Assembly (NCBI RefSeq): GCF_964355755.1
Contig: NC_092675.1
Coordinates: 31,468,912-31,532,911 of the forward strand
DNA length: 64,000 nt
Origin: Antedon mediterranea
Taxonomy: Eukaryota; Animalia; Echinodermata
Direction: 5' to 3'
Positions 32,901 through 43,776 of the stretch are shown here, in pieces. The first letter of the stretch is position 1. Every line of letters starts with the position of its first letter. A program made the position numbers and the translations under genes. The notes under the pieces were generated by a model. That model was not told the DNA's origin and searched no databases. It saw only the letters and a list, made by a program, of their open reading frames with translations.

Positions 32901-34999
32901 GTATTGCCGAATCTTGATATCTCATTTACAGACTTATAATCGAATCTTTATACAGTGTTGCATTAAATAATAATTTACGTACGGTATTGCCGAATATTTA
33001 TATCTTGTTTACATACTATCGAATCTTTATACAGTATTGCATTAATAATTTACGTACGGTATTGCCGAATATTTATCTTGTTTACATACTATCGAATCTT
33101 TATACAGTATTGCAATAATAATTTACGTACGGTATTGCCGAATATTTATATCTCATTTACATACTGTACTATCGAATCTTGGTTTTTATTATTAGTAATA
33201 GGGTGTGTTATACATTTAAGTGTTATTCCATTGTAATACATTGTTTGTGTTTTCAATAAAGCAACATGGGACGCGCACCTAATGTGCAGCAGCACTATTG
33301 CTGGCCGTCACGCGTAATAATTCGCGTAATTAATTACCGTATCAAACAGACACTTTCATTTTATTTTAGTATTTAAAACTCATTTTCAATTGATCAATAT
33401 TTAAATATCTGAAGTAATAAAATAGTGTAGGGATATTAAATAAATTGCTGTCATCATGTTATTGTAATTAAATTATGATTGCGAACACTACTACTAGTTA
33501 TTTTACTAATTAATTAATATACAATAACACATATTTTTAATTATTAATATATTTATATATTTTGATATACTTTATTGATTGGTTTATTTATATATAATTC
33601 TTAATAATTGGCTTATTATTATATTATATTAATATACAATATAAACACCACAATGTATTTTAGACTTTATTAAACATATGTATATCATTTAGAACAGTTA
33701 AAATTAAGTAATCATCGATTCGCCATTTCGTTTAAAAGAACGTACGCGTATCACATTCAATCTGTAAAAAAAAAGAGAATAAATTACATAATAATGTAGA
33801 TTGTTATTTACGTCCGAGGTAAAGAAAACCTGTCGAAACAATGACAATCAAAGATTACAAAACAACAATCAAAGCGCACACGGCGTTCCATACAGATTAC
33901 CGTTATTGAACTAGCGGCCGCTTTAGTTGGCGGCCGCTTCGACCGTAATCCCTAGGAATGGGTGTCACGAAAGCTCAGACCCCCTAAGACCTAAGATCAC
34001 GAAAGCTAAGACCCAACCAACACCTAAGATTACAAATACTAAGATATACTACAGCTTAAAAACAATACTTGTTTATCCATACATAATTTTAAACACAGTA
34101 GGTTTCATTTATTACCATAAATATAATTTAATACTACCGCAAAACATAGATAAACTCACATTATTTTCGCCCGTTGAGTAAATGTATATTTTTTCTTTAC
34201 AACAAACAAACTTGACGGGTTGTTTGTTGGTAATATTTACTCCATTGTGTTGTTTCAGAGGATGTTTTTCTTACGCACCTGCCTTTCTTGTATTTTGACT
34301 CCAAATTTGTTGACTAACTTTATCCTGAACACCACACTTTAAAATTAGGACTTATAAGTACTTTCAGAAGGAGAAACACATAATAACAAATAAATAAATC
34401 CTTTAAATTGATGATTTTACAGATGTGTTTCTTTGTATACTGTAATGACAATGTAACTCCTCGAGCTCCCCATCCATGCTCAATGTTTTTGTTTCTATGG
34501 AGCGCCAAAAGAGCAACAATAATAGTACAAGTATAAAAACAGAAAGAAAGCGAAACAAAAAAACTTATCATGATTTTTAAATTAAAATTTATTTGCCAGT
34601 ATTTATTTCTTCGTACTTGCATGATTAGGCTATACTATTATCATTACAATTTTAATTTTACATTGTTCCATCCACCATGGAGGTATAAGTAGGCTCGCCC
34701 ACTAACTAGCCTAGGCTTGGCTCCGCCGCTCAGCTAGGCCTACTATAGCTAGCTAGGCTAGGCGGCTAGATAGGCCTTAGCTAGTAGGCCCTCTAGCCTA
34801 GCTAGCTAGGCTAGGCTAGGTATCCTAACTCGAAATGAACTCACAAACAGTATACCTTTCCCCGATATTGTTCTAACGATACCATATCTCCTTCAATATC
34901 TGTAACTTTAAATGAATAAAAGTCTACAGCTTGGACTCCTATCAATAAAAAGAAATAAAGCAATACATTAACCGAAGAAAACATGTTTACCACCGCCAT
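26959..34999 (-). CDS. GPX7: Cys-type ER glutathione peroxidase (GPX7/8 family, GPX7-like), 3 exons
   Basis: Exon 1 34856-34999 (signal peptide, then DFYSFKVTDIEGDMVSLEQYRGK), exon 2 27442-27706 (LVVNVASECGYT; ILAFPCNQFGFQEPG), exon 3 26959-27116 (PNWNFWKYLV...HEDL*). The catalytic residue is Cys (TGT). HEDL is a KDEL-like ER-retrieval tail. Intron 1 is 7.1 kb. Confidence 0.93.
28798..30548. mobile_element. Kolobok-like non-autonomous transposon (nested)
   Basis: TTAA TSD. TIRs AGGGGGGTTCCGGGTTTAAAAT / ATTTTAAACCCAGAATCCCCCT. Confidence 0.8.
30607..31149. mobile_element. Kolobok-like non-autonomous transposon (nested)
   Basis: TTAA TSD. TIRs AGATGTATTG / CAATACATCT. Confidence 0.75.
31221..31365. 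mobile_element. Internally deleted copy of the MULE-type MITE at 39137-39921
   Basis: Ends CGCCGTGGCTAAAGA / TCTTTAGCCACGCCG. The interior matches the right TIR of the full copy. Confidence 0.8.
31637..33951. mobile_element. Non-autonomous DNA transposon with double-NotI TIRs and an expanded 70-bp satellite (copy 2)
   Basis: TIRs GGAGTATGGTCGAAGCGGCCGCC... / ...GGCGGCCGCTTCGACCGTAATCC and an 8-bp TSD CTAGGAAT (31629-31636, 33952-33959). GG termini with an 8-bp TSD are compatible with Merlin, but the superfamily is uncertain. Internal array at about 31900-33180. Confidence 0.9.
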
Positions 35000-35390
35000 C
35001 TTTGTTTGTCTCTTTTGTAAATCTATTTCTATACTTTTATTTTATAAACGCAAATTAGGTTTTATTAAAAAACACTAATTTATTTAAATTACATTGTGAC
35101 AGATATAATATTTAGATGAAGGAAATGTATTTAAAAGAGTATTTATAGTAGTAAACTATTATATTTAAATTAATTATTATTACACATAGACTTACCAACC
35201 GTAACAACTGTTGTGTGCTTGCGCAACATTTGAAATTGACCAATCAAAAAGAACGAGAGCGGCTTATTTAAAAATACACAAAGCAAGTTTGTGAATAATT
35301 TATAATACAGTAACACTAGGGTATTTTAAAGACACGTTTAATTGTAATTATAAACTGCTTGAACGTTTTTTTCATTTTGAAATATAGGTA
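35000..35390. promoter_or_regulatory. Bidirectional promoter GPX7 / CDC20 with G2/M cell-cycle elements, and putative non-coding CDC20 exon 1
   Basis: Myb-like CAACCG and CAACTG (35196-35211), CHR TTTGAA (35229-35234), CCAAT (35240-35244), and a CDE/CHR-like GCGG-N4-TTTAAA (35259-35272). Candidate donor TAG|GTAGGC near 35387. Confidence 0.6.
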
Positions 35391-35814
35391 GGCCTATGTA
35401 ATATTTCCTAGGCTAGTGTAAATTAATCGTTTTTATTCAATAGGGTTTTTTATATTAATTAAATATGACTTTTCAAATGTGGATTGTGAGACTGAGTGAG
35501 AGTGACGGCGGTGGACTCTCTGTCTCACTCCCCCAAAAGTCAGGCTACGCATGAGGCTAGGCTAGTAGGACCTAGACCTAGGCCTATATAGTAGTAAACA
35601 TAGGCCTACTAGGCCTAGGCCCTAGAGGCTAGTAGGCCCTACCTACTAGGCCCTGGTCTACCTTAGTTAGCTTTGTAGGGCCTAGCTAGGCTTGAGATGA
35701 GTTAGCCATCATCAGCAGGAAGCTTTTTCAAAAAGTCTTGAATTATAATAATTAACAATACGAATGTGGGGGTATGGATAGGCCTAGGCCTCGCTAGGAG
35801 CTATGATATGGAAG

Positions 35815-38791
35815 GGATCCAGTCAAGTCGCCCCATCGCAAAGTCGCCCCATACAAAGTCGCCCAATACAAAGTCGCCCCATCGCAAAGTCGCCCCAAAA
35901 CAAAGTCGCCCCGGCACAGTCGCCCCATCGCAAAGTCGCCCCATTACAAAGTCGCCCCATCGCAAAGTCGCTCCATCGCAAAGTCGCCCCAACGCAAAGT
36001 CGCCCCATTGCAAAGTCGCCCACGGTTTTAATCATATTGGGTGCGTTTGATATCGATTGCGTTGTTACTTTGGTTGCGCTAAATGTCGTATACATTATAA
36101 TGTTTATCATATTATATATGTTATGCGCGATTTGAACGATTTGCGCAATTTGAAATTGCGCAAAAAAAATCCTTACGCAATTTGAATTGAAACATGTGTT
36201 TCAAATTGCGCAAGCAACGTATTAAATTGCGCAAGTAATCTGCAAATTGCGCAAGGTTTTTCGACAGATTGTGAAATCATGCACACCCATATTTTTATAG
36301 TAATTTCTAAGAATGATTCAAAATTAAAGATAAATATCGCATTTCCTTATTTTAGTAGTGCAAATATTGTTATAAGTTAGCATACCGTCGAAGAACCGAC
36401 GAAGGAAAACGAAGCGGTGGTGTTCCACCAGGCGGGCGTGGCGCGGGCGGCCGGCTATACTACTCTAGCCTAGCTAGGGTCTGGACTACTGATACTGACT
36501 AGGTTACATGGCCTAGCTTAAACTAATATTAAAAACTTAATTTTTACATTTATTTTGATTTATTTCAAGTTACAGTGATAATATTATTTAATTGTAATAA
36601 TAAATGTTATGTATTTATTATACACATGTTATCTTCGCATTTATTATGTTTTATTTTGAGTTATTTAGTTTCCAATAAATTATTATAATACCGATTGTCT
36701 GGTAGAATTTTGTTGCGCAATTTGAAAATTTACAGTTCGTTTTCAAATTGCGCAAAGGTGTCATTTTGCGCAAGAACTATCTTGCGCAATTTACAAATTG
36801 TGCAGCGCAATTTAAAATTGCGCAAAGATTTTCTTGCGCAATTTGAAATTGCGCAAGTTGATTGCGCAATTTGAAATTGCGCAAAAAAATCCTTGCGCAA
36901 TTTTAAATTGCGCAAGAATTCTTTGCGCAATTTCAAATTGCGCAAGGATTTTTTTGCGCAATTTCAAATTGCGCAAATCGTTCAAATCGCGCATAACATA
37001 TACATAATTTGTGTTTTAATTTTTATTTTACAGGTTTTAATGGAGTGATGTGCTTTTTAAAAATCATTAAAAAAAATAGTTCCTAAAAAGATTATCCCTG
37101 ATTTATAGTTTCGAAAATGTTAATTTAATATGATTTTAAAATTAGTTACCAGAGCCACAATTACGAATCTTTCTTCAACCTACGCGTGGATACCAGCTAA
37201 TTTTTTAGGATAATATAATAAATGTATAAAAATGTGTAGTACTAGTAGTAGGCCTTCGTATAGATTTACAGTAGTTAAAACAATAACAGTGTTGTGAGAC
37301 AATGAGTGTTAGGCTACTTATTGATCATTTTGCATTTATTGACAAGTTATGTGTCTTAATTTTATAATGACTTTTCAAAATGAAGAAATAAGAAAAAAGG
37401 ATTTCATCGCCGATATGATTGTTTTACATGCAGGTATTTTAGTAAAATTAAAATGCTACATTTTGACCATGGAAAAACCATCGTACAGTATCGTGTGCGT
37501 GTTTTTTAAAAAGGGGAATCCCCGACGGTCAGCAGAAAGACGTAGCAGCTGTGAGGAAACAGATACCAGAAGGCGCAGCTCCGATTGGTTTCAGAGAATG
37601 TTTCAGATGGCGAGTCGCCTTTTATTCAACAGCACAATGATAATTTTACTGAAGAAATTCTTTTCAACCCTTTTGGTTATAGAACATTCTAATTATCATG
37701 CCTAATAAATATCCTCATATCGGGTGTTTATTTAATTTTAAATTAAACAAGACACTGAAGAGGTACGGAATAATACGTACACGACGGACGTACGACGAAT
37801 ACACACACGCCCGTCATCATTTACGACATATAGTGGTGATATGATGCAATTTTATAATGGATATAATGATGGGATTGCCTTTCCAGGCTTACAATCAAGA
37901 ATCGCATCGACACAATGTAGTTGATATGGGGTTTAAAAAGGCACATCGCCTAAACTTTCCCATTATAACTAAACTAAACTAAACTAAACAATCAATGTTC
38001 ATTGTTATATGTATATAATAATAGTAAACTGAATGTTTATAAATAAATTGTTTTACGTAATTTGTTGCATATAAAATAAAAGACACAGACGTAGCCTACG
38101 TTTCCTATAAAATATTTCACATTTTAATAATTATGTACTGTTAAATGACATTATGCTGGATAATACTATAATCTTAAACTATGTTTACATATTATTAATA
38201 TAGGCCTAATAATAATAATAAATATTCACCAAAGTAAAAATGATCTAGATCGTATAACATCATTTTATCGCGACCAAAATTAAACGCAACCGATTTCGAA
38301 CGCGACTGATATCATCGTAAAACTCCGGCGGGGTTTCCCCATCTTGAGATGGTGCGTTGTAACCGGCGGAGTAATTACGGGGGTTTCCCTCTGGTAAGCT
38401 AGCACGTTAGAGTGCGACCGCGGAGTGATTAGTCGGGGGCTTCGTCTCTGATGATGGGAGTGCGTGCCGATCGTGTGACCTGAGAGTGAGACTAGGGCAT
38501 ACATGGCGGGGCTTCCCCCTTTTATGCCTACACGTTCCGTGTTATTTTGTGTATCATTGCGACATTTTACGCACTTGTAAACTATTTTTTAACGTTTTGG
38601 GGCGACTTTGCGATAGGGCGACTTTGTGATAGGGCGACTTTGCGATGGGGCGACTTTGCGATGGGGCGACTTTGCGATGGGGCGACTGTGTCGGGGCGAC
38701 TTTGTTTTGGGGCGACTTTGCGATGGGGCGACTGTGTAAGGGGCGACTTTGTATGGGGCGACTTTGCGATGGGGCGACTTGACTAGCATCC
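35815..38791. mobile_element. Foldback/MULE-like element with inverted arrays of 16-bp subterminal repeats
   Basis: Left end GGATCCAGTC then (AAGTCGCCCCATCGCA)n at 35815-36022. The right end is its inverse, (TGCGATGGGGCGACTT)n GACTAGCATCC, at 38597-38791. No clean TSD found. Confidence 0.85.
36119..36998. mobile_element. Ginger-like MITE rich in TTGCGCAA palindromes (nested)
   Basis: TGTTA...TAACA termini, TIR of about 45 bp (TGTTATGCGCGATTTGAACGATTTGCGCAATTTGAAATTGCGCAA) and 4-bp TSD TATA. Confidence 0.8.
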
Positions 38792-39136
38792 GGAATAGGC
38801 TATAGGCTAGGCCTATCATGGAGTAACTTTACTCCATGGGCCTATATAGGAGGCTAGGCCTATCTCAGTCAGTCAGTGTCATGATGTCAATTGTCAGTGT
38901 ACGGAAGTGGCTATGGCATTGCACATATGATATGATCAACCATAAATAAATTTGCATGTAATGTTTATCAAAAGTCTTCATGGCATCAATCACGTCACAT
39001 TTTTATTTTGTTTCTACAAACCCCACAGGGTACAGTAGAACATAATATTGAATAAAGCCCCAACACTCGAATAAACGCCCCAGGGCCTTTATTTATTTCC
39101 TTGAAAAAACGCCCTGCCACATGCATATTAATTTTT

Positions 39137-39921
39137 CGCCGTGGCTAAAGATACGGTACCGTATTCTAACTTCTGTTTACTAAAGGTACGGTAAAATTGC
39201 ATTACGTCATAACCAGCCAATGGGGTTCTGTACGTGTGTGACGTCATCGTATAAGGACTTTGTGGATTTTTTTCATATCGCGAAAACAGTGATCAACCGC
39301 ATTTTCTTTATGCTTTATTTATCGCTATTATCGCCGTCGTGTGTGACAAAAACTAAATGTAGCCTACGTCTGTTATTATTATTGAAAAGCCAAAACATGT
39401 TGATTTTAATTCTAGAATACAGAAAACCGTTTCAAAAGAGGCCTAGGCTAGGCCTACTATAACCTCATTATATGAGTTTGTTTGTGTAGAGGGAAAGCGA
39501 TGCCAGGCTGGGGCCAGCTGCATGTGTGCGCTGATTTCTGTGACTCGTTAGCCCTGGGGCTACTGTCTAAATCATAGTATTTGAGGGCCCCTTTATTGTC
39601 TGCATTTGCTTGTTGTTTATGGTCACCATTGTAAACAAAGTTTAATAAAAAATATAGGCCTAAATAGGCCATTTGGAATAAAAATAAAACCCTCATCTGC
39701 AGCAGCGCACACACATCCACGCAGCCTGGCGCCGCCGCCGCCGATAGCAATTCTCTACACAAACACAACAACAGACGCGATATGAAAAAAAATCCCAAGT
39801 CCTTATACGATGACGTCACACACGTACCAGCACCCCATTGGCTGATTATGACGTAATGCAATTTTACCGTACCTTTAGTAAACAGAAGTTAGAATACGGT
39901 ACCGTATCTTTAGCCACGGCG
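39137..39921. mobile_element. Mutator/MULE-type MITE upstream of the CDC20 coding exons
   Basis: TIRs of about 145 bp starting CGCCGTGGCTAAAGATACGGTACCG and a perfect 9-bp TSD TTAATTTTT (39128-39136, 39922-39930). Confidence 0.92.
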
Positions 39922-40147
39922 TTAATTTTTTGTATTAGTTACAATCCATTTCTTCAATTTGTAGTAGAATTCATTGATTGACATGATCTACAATTTACCT
40001 AGAGTTTTGATACAATTTTTTACTGAATTTTATCAATAAACTCCTCCCCAAAATAAATTCCTCCATCGAATAAATGATCCCCCCACCCTAAACATCACAA
40101 TAAATGAATAGTTGATTAATTTGATTACAGAGAACCAGTAATTCAGA

Positions 40148-42944
40148 ATGTCAAACTTTGAGGCAGATGTGAATAGTTTGTTAAAATTAGATAGACCAAC
40201 TTCCAGTGTTCCCACAAGAAAAAGAAAAACAGAAGAAGTGAACTGCAATGTTTCATTAAACAAAAGTATAAATGCAAGCTATAATAAAACACCTATGAAA
40301 TTGAGTAATCGCTCTTACACTTCAAAAACACCTGGAAAGACACCAAAAACACCACGAACTCAAGGTAAGTAGTCAATTGTAACAGTGCATAATAATTTGT
40401 CACTTACAATTACAATTTTACATACGTAAAGCCTAACGTATCGTAATAATTGTGTACGCAATATATGCATTGAACTAAAGAACCTTTTTCTTGAGCCACA
40501 AATAACATGTGTATTTTTTTATTTTTTTAAAGGTCATTCAAAAACACCATCTAAAACACCTGTAGGTGACCGATTTATACCAAACCGCACAGCTACTAAC
40601 TTTGATGTTGCAAACTATAAAGTATTACAACAAACTACAGCTGTACAGGATGATTGTAATAATGAACAATATATGAGTCCATCTAAGGTTGCTTTTAGAA
40701 AATCTATGAATGAAAATTTAAATGGTGACACATTGAATTCCAAGATCTTATCCTATAAAAGCAAACCCCCAACTGCACCTGAAGGTAAGAATGTATACTT
40801 ATAAATATAATGACATACCAAAAATTAATTTGAAGTTGGAGCCAAGATGATACATTGGCGTCTAAATGTATTTTGAGAAAAATGATAGCATCCTGAACAT
40901 TGATCACATTTAAGTTTTGAACACTTGACTTGACATAAATTTTTTTTATACTAACAGGGTTTCAGAATAACTTAAAAGTTTTGTACAGTCAAAATAAGAC
41001 ACCAGGATCTACACGTAAAACTGTTCGCCATATTCCACAGGTGGCAGAGAGAATATTAGATGCTCCAGACATTCTAGATGATTATTGTAAGTTAAAATAT
41101 CTTTGTAGAAAAAAAATTAGATAGACCAACTATTTCCTACACATTTCACTTCTGTGTTCTCATATCATATACTGTACCTACATAGATCATTATAACTGGC
41201 ACTACCAACACTCTGTCCACACTATACAATTTACACTATACAAAATGTGATGTACCTATATAATATATGGTCATGTGATATCACTACCATAATTGGGCAT
41301 ACCACAATTTTTTGCCAAACTAGTTTGATAGTGGACAGAGCTTTACCAAAGTGTTACAGAGTACCAAAAACATGCAAAATTATAAAACACTATTTTTTTT
41401 TTTTTTTTAAAGATTTAAACCTTATTGATTGGAGTTGCAATAATCAGCTTGCTGTGTCTCTAGCTAACAGCGTGTACATGTGGAGTGCTACAACTGGTGA
41501 CATTCAACAACTTGTACAATTGCAAAATGCAGATGAATATGTTTCATCAGTCTCATGGATAGCTGAAGGAAATTATTTAGCTGTAGGTACAAGCAATGGT
41601 GATGTACAGGTAAGCTATCAAATAAAAACAAGAGTTGATTGTAATAGTTTGTGAATAAAATTTCATATTGTATAAACTTACACACATTATCAATATGGCC
41701 TCACGGTTACCGTACATATGTGTTTGTATGTTACAGCTTTGGGATGTTGAACTACAGAAAAGACTAAGAAATATGTCAGGTCATGCAGCACGTGTTGGGG
41801 CATTAAGCTGGAACAATCACATATTATCAAGGTTAGTAACCAACTACATTTGTCATGGTCATTAATATTTTAGTATTATGTACTAAGAATATCTCATAAT
41901 GTTTTCTACTGTATTTAATAGATTTGGATTGAATCCATAGACGTCCTCAATTATCATCCATTATTTATAGATGTTGTCAATTATCTGTTTTACCTATTAT
42001 TTACAGCGGTTCTCGCAGCGGCAAGATTCATCATCATGATGTACGTGTTGCATCTCATCATGTTGGAACATCAGAAAACCACATGCAAGAAATATGCGGA
42101 CTAAAATGGTCATTGGATGGCAAAGTTTTGGCTAGTGGTGGGAATGATAACCTTTTAAATATTTGGTCAATGGCTTCACCAACTAGTCCTTTACATACAT
42201 TTACACAACATGAAGCAGCAGTTAAAGCTTTAGCATGGTGTCCATGGCAAACAGGTCTACTTGCTAGTGGTGGGGGAACTGCTGATAGACACATACGATT
42301 CTGGAATGTGAATACCGGATCATGTATTCACAGTGTTGATACAAAATCACAGGTAATTGCCATCGAATTTAGTTGTTATGTGTTATTTGATGCTACATTG
42401 TAGTCACTGCTCATATATATATATATATATGAAATAACAGTTCTTGACCACATTATTTACTTCAAGGCTTTAATAATTTGTTTTTATTTGTAAAACTTGT
42501 TAAGGTTTGTTCAATTCTGTGGTCAAAAGAACACAATGAACTAATATCAGCACATGGATTTGCACAGAACCAACTCATTATCTGGAAATATCCCACCATG
42601 CATCGTATTGCAGAACTTCTAGGTATGTTTTCATTAACCTTAATAACAGTTCCTAAAGAAAAAGCATTTGGTGTTACTGAGCATTATAACATTCAGGCTT
42701 AATAAGATAATACAACAAAAAGTATGCAATGAAACATTGAAATATTTATTTGTTTATACTTACAGGACATACACAAAGAATTTTACACATGTCTATGAGT
42801 CCAGATGGTTCAACAGTTATAACAGCTGCTGCTGATGAAACCTTGCGTTTATGGAAATGTTTTGAAATACCACAAAAAATGAAGAAGTCATCTGCATCTG
42901 CCAAGAAGCTTGGTGCTTTGAGTATGAGACAGAGCATCAGATGA
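40148..42944 (+). CDS. CDC20: Cell division cycle protein 20 (fizzy), APC/C activator, 8 coding exons
   Basis: [15 protein letters not shown]; C-box DRFIPNR; Mad2-binding KILSYKSKP; [13 protein letters not shown]; WD40 repeats ([27 protein letters not shown]); IR tail RQSIR*. Exons approx. 40148-40364, 40533-40783, 40958-41086, 41412-41609, 41737-41831, 42007-42352, 42505-42622, 42766-42944. Confidence 0.97.
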
Positions 42945-43058
42945 CAACACTACTTTTAAATTTACAATAACAGTTTGTATGTAGATATGGAAAGAACAAA
43001 GGCAGAGAACATGTACAGGAATCACATTTTTAAAGAAATATTTTATTATTTTAAAATG

Positions 43059-43213
43059 ATTAACCAGCTGTTAATTACTATAAACATACTGTGATATATT
43101 ACAGTTTTTATTAACCAGCTGTTAATTACTATAAACATACTGTGATATATTACAGTTTTTATTAACCAGCTGTTAATTACTATAAACATACTGTGATATA
43201 TTACAGTTTTTAT
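43059..43213. repeat. 51-bp tandem repeat x3 in the CDC20 3' UTR
   Basis: ATTAACCAGCTGTTAATTACTATAAACATACTGTGATATATTACAGTTTTT, repeated exactly. Confidence 0.95.
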
Positions 43214-43776
43214 TTAAGATTGGTAAGACAGGTTTATATACAGTATTTTAATCAGTTATTGTGATTTTTGTTTCAACAGTTTAACAATTATGTATTTTTA
43301 AAATGATTGCTTACTAATCAAAGTGTATCGTATACAAATTTTATTTAGAATTACTGCTTTTTATCTATAAACAAAATAAATGTTTACAGTATACACTGTG
43401 GAAAAGGACTTATTGTGGTATATCTAAAGTTGAGTTGTAGGCAGTGAGTATATAGGCTTTTCCTATACTAAAACATCAAGACAACAATCTATCACTACAC
43501 TATTTGTACAGTAATAAAAACATGGCATACATTCTATTCTAGCATCAGTCACTCTAAAAAAATTTCAATTACTATGGCCAGCCACTAAACAATCATATGT
43601 ACAATAATTGTATGTACTTCAAACAAAAGCAGATACAGGATAATTGGTCATTACTTTCTTAAATATTATAAAAAGTGGAATAACTGTAACACTACAGATA
43701 CAGTACAAACAAATTATGATTACACAATTTAACAAAAACTACATACTGTGTACTTTGTTTTAAAAGTAGAAATAAC

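Noticed and set aside
32223-32970. 170-aa and 87-aa ORFs
   Set aside because: They are translations of the 70-bp satellite inside a MITE.
35766-38819. Short ORFs with KSP/GRL/AQF repeats
   Set aside because: They are translations of subterminal repeats of non-autonomous transposons and show no transposase motifs.
35390-43000. miR-34/449 hairpin in CDC20 introns, as in vertebrate CDC20B
   Set aside because: No GGCAGTG-seeded hairpin was seen by eye. The GGCAGTG hits at about 24821 and 43440 lack a matching mature sequence or stem.
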